Source: Candidatus Liptonbacteria bacterium CG11_big_fil_rev_8_21_14_0_20_35_14 (GTDB lineage Bacteria > Patescibacteriota > Minisyncoccia > UBA6257 > XYB1-36-10). Taken from it: a stretch of 32,948 bases of DNA. Shown one piece after another: positions 1 through 8,013 of the stretch. Position 1 is the stretch's first letter, and each line of letters opens with the position of its first letter. The DNA is taken from positions 3,090 through 36,037 of the forward strand of contig PCWO01000050.1 of the NCBI GenBank assembly GCA_002796205.1. The letters are read 5' to 3'. The notes below the pieces were generated by a model. It was not told where the DNA came from. It made no database searches and saw only the letters and a list, made by a program, of their open reading frames with translations. The position numbers and the translations under genes are program-made.

Positions 1-244
1 TGGCTTGATTTTCCACTTCGTTTTTGACTTCGTGAAAGATGCCGGAAAACAACTGGCTGGCTGGAACACTGAATATGACTTCATAGGCAAAGACGGTTTC
101 GAGATTGGGAATCCGTTTGGCGCTTTCATAGTGCGATACCTTTGAACCGCAAAGTGAGCCAAGCAGTATAGCCACTTCTTTTTGCGAAAGACCCGAACGT
201 TTACGGAAAGTGCGCAGGTAATTTGAAAGTTGTTTGGCGGACAC
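1..244 (-). CDS. XRE-family helix-turn-helix transcriptional regulator, partial (C-terminus lies beyond window start)
   Basis: Absent from the ORF track because it runs off the window. The minus-strand frame from GTG (244-242) stays open for 81 codons to position 1: VSAKQLSNYLRTFRKRSGLSQKEVAILLGSLCGSKVSHYESAKRIPNLETVFAYEVIFSVPASQLF... This matches the HTH_3/XRE pattern (GLSQ.E.A, VS.YE, R.P). The start codon is uncertain and there is no clear SD. Confidence 0.55.
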   Translation of the reverse strand, partial: MSAKQLSNYLRTFRKRSGLSQKEVAILLGSLCGSKVSHYESAKRIPNLETVFAYEVIFSVPASQLFSGIFHEVKNEVENQA

Positions 245-482
245 AATATTTAAAATCAATTGAATTATATGATCTCATTGTAGTGTGAACGTACCTGTAA
301 AATAGGACGTGAAATATGTTATTGACGGCAAATAAAAAATACGGGAATACCGTACCGTTTCTTTATTTCATTGACAATTCGTTGCTTTTTCATCATATCA
401 TACAACCGGATTTATCCGTTGTGGATTTAGGGGATTTGGAAAACATATACCCATTTTCAATTTCAAATCTTTAACATTTCAG

Positions 483-518
483 GAAAAAGCGTTCATTTAA
501 CCTATCAAGAAAATGAAC
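483..518 (-). terminator. Possible intrinsic terminator downstream of the P-loop NTPase gene
   Basis: Perfect 8-bp inverted repeat gttcattt (491-498) / aaatgaac (511-518) with a 12-nt loop. On the minus strand it is followed by GCTTTTTCC. The stem is AT-rich, so this is weak. Confidence 0.35.
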
Positions 519-556
519 AACATCCCCATCATCCCCAAAGTCCACTGTATAATTTA

Positions 557-1924
557 TTAACTGGAGGATTGTTTATTTTCTGATTGCGTATCCAATCCAT
601 ACTTTTCCAGCAAGATACGAAGTTTTGGTTCCTCTGACGGTGGAATAATGTAGTTGCCGTTACTTTTAGCCGTCTTGAGGTTCAGTTTGGAGCGGATAAC
701 AAAGCCAATCCACTTGGTGGTGATTTTGCGTTGATACTCATCGCCATAGCGGTCGGTAAACCAGTCGGTGATATCTTTGACGGTGAGTTTGGTGTTTGGG
801 TTTTGCAGTATGTCTTTGATGATATCGAGTACCTGCCCCTCTACGGCGGTTCCCCTGTTCATAACGAGTTCTTTGTTGAATTGACGGGCTAGTAAACGGA
901 TTTCGTCTCTCATGGTTTCATCTTGAATCACGCTCAAGAGCGGGATAAAGATTTGATTAAGACGCGGTTCAATTTCCCAATCAATCATATCAGTATGTAT
1001 ATATACTTTATGGAAGTTACGGATACGAAAGAGCAGAAGTTTGTTACGCAACCTTTGGGCTTCTTCTTGATGTTCTTTTGAAAGATTGATCGGGATGTCC
1101 CGGCGTAGTTTGTTCTGTCCGGTGTTGTGAGTCAAAAAACGGCTTTCGAGTGCCGGGTCTTGGAAGGGACCGCATGTGGCAACCAGTTTTGGACCAAAGA
1201 CGACAAAGGCTCTTGGATTGAACTCACGGGTGTAGTTGGTTTCACTCCTTAATACCGGAAACCCTCTGGCGTTGCCGTTATTTAAGATTTTAACAAACTC
1301 GGTTTTTTCATCAGAGAAACGGAAATCGCTTTCATCTATGATGAGTGTGCCGCGAAAATCATTCAGCAGACGAAACAATGGTGAAATGGTTGAGGCTCCA
1401 TTGGCAAAAATCGGTTTGTAACATAAAGAGCCGATGGTTAATAAAAATCTTGTTTTTCCGGTTCCGTAATCGCCCTGAACGCGAAGGTATGGTAACTCAC
1501 TGAAACGGTCGTATACCCAACTTAACAAGATATAGTAACTGGATACCTTCTCGAACAGTTCAGGGATATCCATGTATTTATGAATATACGATTGTATGTC
1601 GGCGATAAGTTCCGTTTCAGAGGAATACTCCTCCACATCCGAAGGCAAGAGTACGATTTTGTTCTGTATGAGATTGTTTTCCGGCTTGTAGGGGGCGATG
1701 TTCAAGGTGTCGGATTTGTAAAAATCGGCATAATGCCATTTACCATCCCTCGCCACACAATACATGGTTTTGTGATTGTCCGGCTGATAGAGCATCTCAA
1801 TCAGTGTGCCGTTCTTGAGCAAAGCGGATGCTGTTGACTTGGCATAATTTTTTTTCTTGTCTTCTATGGTTTTTGAAAGTTTTGTGAGCATTAGGATGAG
1901 TAAATCACAATGGGCGGTAATCAA
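557..1924 (-). CDS. P-loop NTPase of unknown function, mobile-element associated
   Basis: 455-aa ORF with Walker A GDYGTGKT and Walker B TLIIDESD. I cannot assign a family from sequence alone. The track start is a TTG; the first ATG (MLTKLSK...) at 1891 is the more likely start. Confidence 0.7.
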   Translation of the reverse strand: MITAHCDLLILMLTKLSKTIEDKKKNYAKSTASALLKNGTLIEMLYQPDNHKTMYCVARDGKWHYADFYKSDTLNIAPYKPENNLIQNKIVLLPSDVEEYSSETELIADIQSYIHKYMDIPELFEKVSSYYILLSWVYDRFSELPYLRVQGDYGTGKTRFLLTIGSLCYKPIFANGASTISPLFRLLNDFRGTLIIDESDFRFSDEKTEFVKILNNGNARGFPVLRSETNYTREFNPRAFVVFGPKLVATCGPFQDPALESRFLTHNTGQNKLRRDIPINLSKEHQEEAQRLRNKLLLFRIRNFHKVYIHTDMIDWEIEPRLNQIFIPLLSVIQDETMRDEIRLLARQFNKELVMNRGTAVEGQVLDIIKDILQNPNTKLTVKDITDWFTDRYGDEYQRKITTKWIGFVIRSKLNLKTAKSNGNYIIPPSEEPKLRILLEKYGLDTQSENKQSSS

Positions 1925-1998
1925 TAGAATGAAACATCTGTGTTCTTTAACAAACTTGTACTTCTACTGAATGTTTTGATTCTCAATAAAGTTGAGAT

Positions 1999-2169
1999 AT
2001 GGAAAAAACCTTTTTTGAAGAACAGGATGGAAAAACACTTAAAGAGTTATTCCCTCATTTGAACGATGATGAAATACACCGTTTTGAGGAAAGTTTAGAA
2101 AAATATGTGGGGTTGGTATTACGAATTTTTGAGCGTACTTATCAACAAGATTCAGATTTGACAGAGTAA
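1999..2169 (+). CDS. Small hypothetical ORF (56 aa) directly upstream of the serine recombinase
   Basis: ATG 1999-2001 to TAA 2167-2169: MEKTFFEEQDGKTLKELFPHLNDDEIHRFEESLEKYVGLVLRIFERTYQQDSDLTE. It is below the ORF-track size cutoff, on the same strand as the recombinase and 20 nt upstream of it. No homology recognised. Confidence 0.3.
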   Translation: MEKTFFEEQDGKTLKELFPHLNDDEIHRFEESLEKYVGLVLRIFERTYQQDSDLTE

Positions 2170-2189
2170 TGGATACAGCTCTATCCTAG

Positions 2190-3653
2190 ATGATTATCAT
2201 TAAACAAAATGATCGTATGCCTTCCTACTTTGGTTATATACGTGTCTCAACCGTGAAACAGGGTGAGCACGGCGTATCGCTACAAGAACAAAAAGATGCC
2301 ATCGCACGATATGCCCTTGCAAAAGGATTTGAGATTATCCGCTGGTTTGAAGAACGCAAAACTGCCGCCAAAAGCGGTCGGCCTGAATTTGATTTGATGC
2401 TCAAGGAACTCAACAAAAGCACGGCAAAAGGGGTCATCATACACAAGATAGACCGAAGCGCACGAAACTTAAAAGATTGGAGTAACCTCGGAGAACTGAT
2501 AGATTCCGGCGTAGACGTGCATTTCGCTAATGAAAGCCTTGATCTTCATTCACGGGGTGGAAGGCTATCCGCCGACATTCAGGCGGTAGTAGCGGCGGAT
2601 TATATCCGCAATCTCAAAGAAGAAACCAAAAAAGGCTTTTACGGGCTAATCAAACAAGGGTTGTATCCCCTGCCCGCGCCATTAGGGTATGTTGACTGTG
2701 GTAAAGGCAAACCGAAAGAACTTGACCCGGAGAGAGCCCCATTGGTCAAAAAAGCATTTCTTCTATACGCATCCGGTCAATTCAGTTTGGATACCCTAAC
2801 GGCTGAGATGTACCAAAAAGGTTTACGGAACCGGAACGGTAGACCTGTCTCAAGAAGCGGATTGGCAAAAATGTTTAAGAACCCATTTTATATCGGCTTA
2901 ATTCGCATACACACATCCAATGAGTTGTTTTCAGGTATTCATCCGCCGCTGATTAGCAAAACTCTGTTAGACCGGGTCAACGATGTATTACAGGGCAAGC
3001 AAGTTAAAAAAATTGTTCAGCATGAATTTGTGTTTCGTAAGTTATTTTCATGCCGGCAATGCAATCGTCTTATGACAGGAGAAAAACAAAAAGGGTTTGT
3101 TTATTACCGCTGTCATACGCACGGCTGCAAAACATCCATTCGGGAAGACAATATAAACCAAGTTGTACAGGATAAATTGAGACGGATTATTTTCAATCAT
3201 GAATTGCGGCACGTATTGTACAAAGCCCTACAAAAGTTTAGAGAGACTTGGTTTGAGGAAAGAAACAACAATATAGCGCAAATGGAACTTCAATTGAGTC
3301 ATGTTTTAACACGCCTTAACCGCTTAACGGATGCCTATCTGGATGGAACGATTGACACAACTTTATACAAAGAAAAGAAAGAATCGTTGCTCATAGAACG
3401 AAAGGCTACGGAAGAAAAGTTAGCCCTTATCAAGTCAGAAAACATGAATATACCGGACAGGATACAAAAATACTTCGAACTGGCAGAAAGCCTTTATTTA
3501 TCATATAAAAGTGCAAATTTGGACGAAAAACAGGAATTATTGAAAATGGTGAGTTCGAACTGCGGGGTAGAGGGAAAAAACGTAGTATTTATGCTGAATT
3601 TTCCGTATTCTGAGCTCGAAAAAATGGCTAGCGTCTCCAGCGGTGGACCGTAG
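2190..3653 (+). CDS. Large serine recombinase (integrase-type)
   Basis: N-terminal resolvase domain (YFGYIRVSTVKQ with catalytic Ser, HKIDRSARN). Recombinase domain follows, then a zinc ribbon (CRQCNRLMTG...YYRCHTHGC) and a C-terminal coiled-coil region. The real start may be the ATG at 2217 (MPSYFGYIRVS). The last 10 nt, including the TAG stop, overlap tRNA-Ala. Confidence 0.92.
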   Translation: MIIIKQNDRMPSYFGYIRVSTVKQGEHGVSLQEQKDAIARYALAKGFEIIRWFEERKTAAKSGRPEFDLMLKELNKSTAKGVIIHKIDRSARNLKDWSNLGELIDSGVDVHFANESLDLHSRGGRLSADIQAVVAADYIRNLKEETKKGFYGLIKQGLYPLPAPLGYVDCGKGKPKELDPERAPLVKKAFLLYASGQFSLDTLTAEMYQKGLRNRNGRPVSRSGLAKMFKNPFYIGLIRIHTSNELFSGIHPPLISKTLLDRVNDVLQGKQVKKIVQHEFVFRKLFSCRQCNRLMTGEKQKGFVYYRCHTHGCKTSIREDNINQVVQDKLRRIIFNHELRHVLYKALQKFRETWFEERNNNIAQMELQLSHVLTRLNRLTDAYLDGTIDTTLYKEKKESLLIERKATEEKLALIKSENMNIPDRIQKYFELAESLYLSYKSANLDEKQELLKMVSSNCGVEGKNVVFMLNFPYSELEKMASVSSGGP

Positions 3654-3716
3654 GAGATTCGAACTCCTGACCTCCTGCTTGCAAAGCAGGCGCTCTACCA
3701 ACTAAGCTAACGGCCC
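3644..3716 (-). tRNA. tRNA-Ala(TGC): tRNA-Ala (anticodon TGC)
   Basis: Minus strand reads GGGCCGTTAGCTTAGTTGGTAGAGCGCCTGCTTTGCAAGCAGGAGGTCAGGAGTTCGAATCTCCTACGGTCCA. It folds as a cloverleaf with anticodon loop TTTGCAA and the G3:U70 alanine identity pair. CCA is not encoded. Confidence 0.93.
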
Positions 3717-3760
3717 AATAAGTAATATATAAACATATAAAAGCCTTTTGGGCAATATTA

Positions 3761-3790
3761 ATAAAAAACCTCCCGCTTATTAAGGGAGGA
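3761..3790 (-). terminator. Intrinsic terminator (minus strand) between the tRNA-Val/Ile unit and tRNA-Ala
   Basis: Stem CCTCCC (3769-3774) / GGGAGG (3784-3789) with a 9-nt loop, followed on the minus strand by TTTTTTATT. Confidence 0.55.
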
Positions 3791-3851
3791 ATTTGGTTTG
3801 TAATTGACCTTTTGATTTGTACTAATAATACAAAGATGAAAAATAAATATT

Positions 3852-3890
3852 ACAAAAAAGGGTTGGGCGTATTTGCACCCAACCCTTTAC
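3852..3890 (-). terminator. Intrinsic terminator (minus strand)
   Basis: 11-bp stem AAAGGGTTGGG (3857-3867) / CCCAACCCTTT (3878-3888), followed on the minus strand by TTTTTTGT. Confidence 0.6.
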
Positions 3891-4075
3891 AGGAGTCAAT
3901 TCATACTAATAAATAATCCTTTAAAATTATTGGATTAAACCCTGGATATCACTAGGTCTAAGGAATATCTACAAAACCTTAGAATTTATCCGATATCCAT
4001 ACAATCCGGAAAGGAGACGGAGTTGCCCTTTGTTTAGGCTTAGTATGAGTTGAACATTATTTAAAAGTGCTAATG

Positions 4076-4149
4076 TGCGCACGTCTGGATTTGAACCAGA
4101 GACCTCTTGCGTGTCATGCAAGCGCTCTAACCATCTGAGCTACGCGCGC
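4076..4149 (-). tRNA. tRNA-Val(GAC): tRNA-Val (anticodon GAC)
   Basis: Minus strand reads GCGCGCGTAGCTCAGATGGTTAGAGCGCTTGCATGACACGCAAGAGGTCTCTGGTTCAAATCCAGACGTGCGCA. The cloverleaf is intact and the anticodon loop is ATGACAC. Confidence 0.92.
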
Positions 4150-4164
4150 TGTTATTGTTTTGTG

Positions 4165-4238
4165 TGGGCGTGCCTGGACTCGAACCAGGGACCTCAGTCT
4201 TATCAGGACTGCGCTCTAACCACCTGAGCTACACGCCC
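4165..4238 (-). tRNA. tRNA-Ile(GAT): tRNA-Ile (anticodon GAT)
   Basis: Minus strand reads GGGCGTGTAGCTCAGGTGGTTAGAGCGCAGTCCTGATAAGACTGAGGTCCCTGGTTCGAGTCCAGGCACGCCCA. The anticodon loop is CTGATAA. Confidence 0.92.
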
Positions 4239-4239
4239 C

Positions 4240-4491
4240 TTATTCTAAATCCTCTCTTAAGGTATTTTTAGCTCCTTCAATATTGAACTCTAAATTGTTT
4301 TGATTTTTCTGAATATCTATATTAAAAGCTTTATTGAATCCGGTGACTAAGAAGCTAATATTACTGACAACATACCAGATAATAATAATTAATATTAAAA
4401 ACCCAAAAATGAAAAAAGTCAATTCTTGGCTTTTTTTAAAAAGTTTTTGAAATAAATCTTTTATATTTATATTGGAGTTTAATTTAGCCAT
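4240..4491 (-). CDS. Small single-pass membrane protein, hypothetical
   Basis: I place the start at the ATG at 4491 (MAKLNSNINIKDLF...), 1 nt after the stop of the upstream gene. The longer track ORF start (4539) would overlap that gene. One hydrophobic helix: FFIFGFLILIIIIWYVV. Confidence 0.5.
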   Translation of the reverse strand: MAKLNSNINIKDLFQKLFKKSQELTFFIFGFLILIIIIWYVVSNISFLVTGFNKAFNIDIQKNQNNLEFNIEGAKNTLREDLE

Positions 4492-4492
4492 A

Positions 4493-5059
4493 TTATTTTC
4501 TAAATATAACACTACCTCTAGCGAATAATCTAAATTCATTACTGTCCTTTAATTTGGAAACGTCAAAATTTTCATAGGTTATAAGAAAACGACTTTCCTC
4601 AACTAATTGCATAAAATTTAATATATTGGAGAAATTACCATCAACAGTTAAAGTCATATTGGCACTGCCAAAAAAATTTGACTCATCTTTTGATTCGCCG
4701 GTAAAGGCGGGGACGACGTTAACACTGGCTGTTTTACCAATAACACCAATGTCTCTGGTAAAGCTAATTAAGTCGTCTTTGCTGGCTAATTTCTTTTTTA
4801 AGAGAGGTTCAAAAATTTTAGCCTCGTTTTGTTGTTTGAGAAGATTATCTTTTTTTTCAAATATTTGGGCCTCAATTTGAACTTTCTGATTTTCATTACC
4901 AAGAATGTTAATTTTATCTTCAATTTTATTTTTTAATATGCCAATTACTATAAGTTGCGCTACAATAATTAAGATAGCGATAATACTACCGATACTAAAA
5001 ATTTGCTTCCAATTTTTTTTAAATTTTGCAAACATATTATTACTTATTAATAATATCAC
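4493..5059 (-). CDS. PilO-like membrane protein (type IV pilus assembly-like); function tentative
   Basis: N-terminal TM helix (IFSIGSIIAILIIVAQLIVIGIL), a coiled-coil stretch, then a C-terminal domain. That domain has the PilO-like pattern ...MTLTVDGNFSNILNFMQLVEESRFLITYENFDV. An alternative start is M9 at 5035. No pilM or pilN is adjacent. Confidence 0.4.
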   Translation of the reverse strand: MILLISNNMFAKFKKNWKQIFSIGSIIAILIIVAQLIVIGILKNKIEDKINILGNENQKVQIEAQIFEKKDNLLKQQNEAKIFEPLLKKKLASKDDLISFTRDIGVIGKTASVNVVPAFTGESKDESNFFGSANMTLTVDGNFSNILNFMQLVEESRFLITYENFDVSKLKDSNEFRLFARGSVIFRK

Positions 5060-5071
5060 GATAAAGACAAC

Positions 5072-5887
5072 ATGTTTAGAGAAGAACAGATATATTACAA
5101 CGCCATAAACATAGCTTTAAATAGTAATTTTAGAAAAATAAAAGAATATTTAGAAATTTATGGTTCTTTTAAAAAAAGTTTTGAGATTTTAAAAACTGCT
5201 TTAAATCCTTTTGAATTAATAAAAGATGTAGAGAAATTAAATGTTAGACTTATATTGTATAGTGATGAGGAATTTCCAAAAAGATTAAAAAATATACCAG
5301 ATAGCCCAATAGGGCTTTATGTTTTAGGAGAGGTACCTAGCGAAAGATGTGTGGCAATAGTAGGGACAAGAAAACCAAGTAAGTATGGAGAAAAAATAGC
5401 TTATGATATAGCTAAAGATTTAGCCAAAATAGGTTTTGGAATTGTGAGTGGATTAGCTTATGGGATTGATACTAAATCCCACTTTGGGGCAATTAAATCA
5501 AAAGGTAAAACTTGGGCAATATTAGCTAACGGCCTGGCGCACATATACCCAAAAGAGAATCGTTTTTTGGCTCAAAATATATTAGAAAATAAAGGAGGAA
5601 TAATGAGCGAGTATCCGATTTTAGATAGGCCTATCCCATATAGATTTTTAGAGAGAAACAGAATTATTAGCGGATTATCAGAGGATGTTATTATAATAGA
5701 AGCGCCACAAAGGAGTGGCTCTATATCAACAGCCAGGCACACACTGGAACAAGGAGGTAATGTGTATGTAGTGCCGGGAGAAGTTTATAATATTAATTTT
5801 AAAGGAAGTCATGAGTTAATAAGAGATGGAGCCAGACTGATAACATCATCTCAAGATCTTTTAGATGACATGGGGGTTAATATTTGA
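5072..5887 (+). CDS. dprA: DNA-processing protein DprA (Smf)
   Basis: Rossmann-like DprA core: IVGTRKPSKYG, VSGLAYGIDTKSH, ERNRIISGLS, EAPQRSGSISTA. TGA stop. Confidence 0.92.
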   Translation: MFREEQIYYNAINIALNSNFRKIKEYLEIYGSFKKSFEILKTALNPFELIKDVEKLNVRLILYSDEEFPKRLKNIPDSPIGLYVLGEVPSERCVAIVGTRKPSKYGEKIAYDIAKDLAKIGFGIVSGLAYGIDTKSHFGAIKSKGKTWAILANGLAHIYPKENRFLAQNILENKGGIMSEYPILDRPIPYRFLERNRIISGLSEDVIIIEAPQRSGSISTARHTLEQGGNVYVVPGEVYNINFKGSHELIRDGARLITSSQDLLDDMGVNI

Positions 5888-5924
5888 CATAATGCTTATT
5901 ATACGTAAACTCAAGAAATTATAG

Positions 5925-7997
5925 ATGACTAAAACATTAGATAATAAAACTCTGGTAATAGTTGAGTCGCCCACAAAAGCAAATACCATTGCGCGTTTTT
6001 TGGGTTCCGATTATATAATAGATTCTTCGTTTGGACATATAAGAGACTTGCCTAAATCAAAATTAGGGATTGACTGCGAAAAAAATTTTGAGCCACAATA
6101 TGTCATACCGACAAAATCTCGCAAGCAGGTTAATGCTTTAAAGAAGGAAGTAATGAAAGTAAAAGAAATAATACTAGCCACTGATGAAGACCGCGAGGGA
6201 GAGGCAATTGCCTATCATTTGGTTGAGGCGCTTGACTTGAAAGATAAATTAGCCCAAGGCGATGTTAAAAGAATTGTTTTCCACGAGATTACAGAAAGCG
6301 CCATTAGAGAGGCTTTAAGCCACCCCAGATCAATAAATATGGCTATGGTTGATGCTCAACAAGCTCGCCGAGTTTTAGATAGATTAGTTGGATATAAACT
6401 ATCTCCCTTTTTATGGAAAAAAGTTATGCGCGGACTTTCGGCTGGTAGAGTGCAATCGGTAGCGGTCAGATTAATAGTGCAAAGAGAAAGCGAGATAAAA
6501 GATTTTAAACCGGTTGAGTATTATACCATAGAGGTCGAGCTTGAGGCTTATGATAAAGAGTTAAAAAAACATATTATTACTTTTGCTTTAGCTAAAATAG
6601 GCGGTAAAGCTATAGAAAAACCCGGCATGACCGATAAAGATAAAGTAGAAAATATAATATTAGATTTACCAAAATCGGTTTGGAAAATTGAGAATATTAT
6701 TAAAAAAGACACCAAGCGTAATCCCCTCCCTCCTTTTATTACCAGCACTCTACAACAAACAGCGGTAAATAGACTAGGATATTCCTCAAAAAAAACTATG
6801 ATGCTCACCCAAAGATTATATGAAAAAGGATATATAACTTATATGCGTACCGACTCGGTAAATTTATCTAAAGAAGCCACTTTGGTAGCGAGTGAATTTA
6901 TTACAGAAAACTACGGCAAAGAATATGCGCTTTTAAAACCGCGCAAGTTTTCACAAAAAAGTAAGTTAGCCCAGGAGGCTCATGAGGCTATTAGACCAAC
7001 CAATCCAAAAGTCTTGTCTGCCAGTTTAAATATTGAACCAGCCGAGAAAAAAGTATATGAGATGATTTGGCAGAGATTTATGGCTTCACAAATGCAATCA
7101 GCTTCAATTACCTCTACCACTATAGAGGCTTTGGCTAAGGGAAAAGATAAATATACTTTTAGAGTGAGTGGCTCTATGATCGCTTTTGATGGATTTTTGC
7201 GTGTTTGGCCAACAAAGATGCAGGAGATAACACTACCCAATATAGATGAGAAAAAGGAAGTACTTTATAAAAAATCTTCTAGTAATCAACATTTTACAGA
7301 GCCACCAGCTAGATATAATGAGGCTAGTTTAATTAAGGCTCTAGAGGAACATGGGATTGGTAGACCTTCAACTTATGCTTCTATTATTTCTGTAATTCAG
7401 GATAGAAATTATGTGATTAAAAATGAGGTAAAAAGATTTGAGCCAACCGAGATTGGTGAGATTGTTAATAATTTATTAGTGGAACACTTTCCTAAAATCG
7501 TGGATATTGGTTTTACCTCTGATGTGGAGGAATCACTAGACGAAGTGGCGCTCGGAGTTTCTAATTGGAGAGAGGTTATAAAAGAATTTTATGAACCGTT
7601 TAATAAAAATTTAGAAAAAAAATATGAGGAGATACAAAAAAGCGAGATAGTACCCGAGGAAAAAACCGATAAAAAATGTCCGGAGTGTTCTAAGGATATG
7701 ATTATTAAAAGAGGTAGATTTGGAAAATTTTTAGCTTGTAGCGGATTTCCAGATTGTAAACATACCGAAAAAATTGAGGGAGAAAGCGGAGGCGCAAATA
7801 CCTCTCTATTCAAATCGGTGTCAACTGGTATAAGGTGCCCGGAGTGTGGTCAGGGAGAGCTTGTCTCTAGAAGAGTAGGCAAAGGAAGAGCACGAGGTAA
7901 AATATTTTGGGGATGTAATAGATATCCAGATTGCAAACATGCGGTTTGGGAAAATCCATTAGCAGAAAAGAAAGAGAAAAAAGAAAAAGACGCCTAA
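5925..7997 (+). CDS. topA: DNA topoisomerase I
   Basis: Toprim N-terminus (LVIVESPTKANTIARFLG, ATDEDREGEAIA), the YITYMRTDS active-site tyrosine region, and two C-terminal Cys4 zinc ribbons. The dprA-topA order is a common synteny. Confidence 0.96.
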   Translation: MTKTLDNKTLVIVESPTKANTIARFLGSDYIIDSSFGHIRDLPKSKLGIDCEKNFEPQYVIPTKSRKQVNALKKEVMKVKEIILATDEDREGEAIAYHLVEALDLKDKLAQGDVKRIVFHEITESAIREALSHPRSINMAMVDAQQARRVLDRLVGYKLSPFLWKKVMRGLSAGRVQSVAVRLIVQRESEIKDFKPVEYYTIEVELEAYDKELKKHIITFALAKIGGKAIEKPGMTDKDKVENIILDLPKSVWKIENIIKKDTKRNPLPPFITSTLQQTAVNRLGYSSKKTMMLTQRLYEKGYITYMRTDSVNLSKEATLVASEFITENYGKEYALLKPRKFSQKSKLAQEAHEAIRPTNPKVLSASLNIEPAEKKVYEMIWQRFMASQMQSASITSTTIEALAKGKDKYTFRVSGSMIAFDGFLRVWPTKMQEITLPNIDEKKEVLYKKSSSNQHFTEPPARYNEASLIKALEEHGIGRPSTYASIISVIQDRNYVIKNEVKRFEPTEIGEIVNNLLVEHFPKIVDIGFTSDVEESLDEVALGVSNWREVIKEFYEPFNKNLEKKYEEIQKSEIVPEEKTDKKCPECSKDMIIKRGRFGKFLACSGFPDCKHTEKIEGESGGANTSLFKSVSTGIRCPECGQGELVSRRVGKGRARGKIFWGCNRYPDCKHAVWENPLAEKKEKKEKDA

Positions 7998-8013
7998 GCC
8001 TTAAACTAGACTT

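Larger units (their letters stand above)
1..3653. mobile_element. Inner end of an integrated mobile element abutting tRNA-Ala; the other end lies outside the window
   Basis: Gene content is an XRE regulator, a P-loop NTPase and a large serine recombinase. There is an abrupt composition change at the tRNA. Spot counts of single 60-nt lines give about 45 percent GC at position 1-60 and about 25 percent at 4261-4320. Confidence 0.6.

Noticed and set aside
1236-2446. ORFs 1236..1421 (+), 1580..1837 (+) and 2234..2446 (-)
   Set aside because: They are antisense shadows of the P-loop NTPase and serine recombinase genes.
3900-4075. Possible SRP (4.5S) RNA because of TCCGGAAAGGAGACGGAG on the plus strand
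   Set aside because: The motif only loosely resembles the conserved GGUCCGGAAGGAAGCAGC domain IV sequence. A proper GNAR tetraloop hairpin cannot be drawn, and the flanking terminators point to minus-strand transcription. It is kept only as an unassigned structured region.
4626-5108. Plus-strand ORFs 4626..4880 and 4905..5108
   Set aside because: They are antisense to the PilO-like gene, and the second also overlaps the dprA start. The translations are low-complexity and hydrophobic, typical of AT-rich antisense frames.
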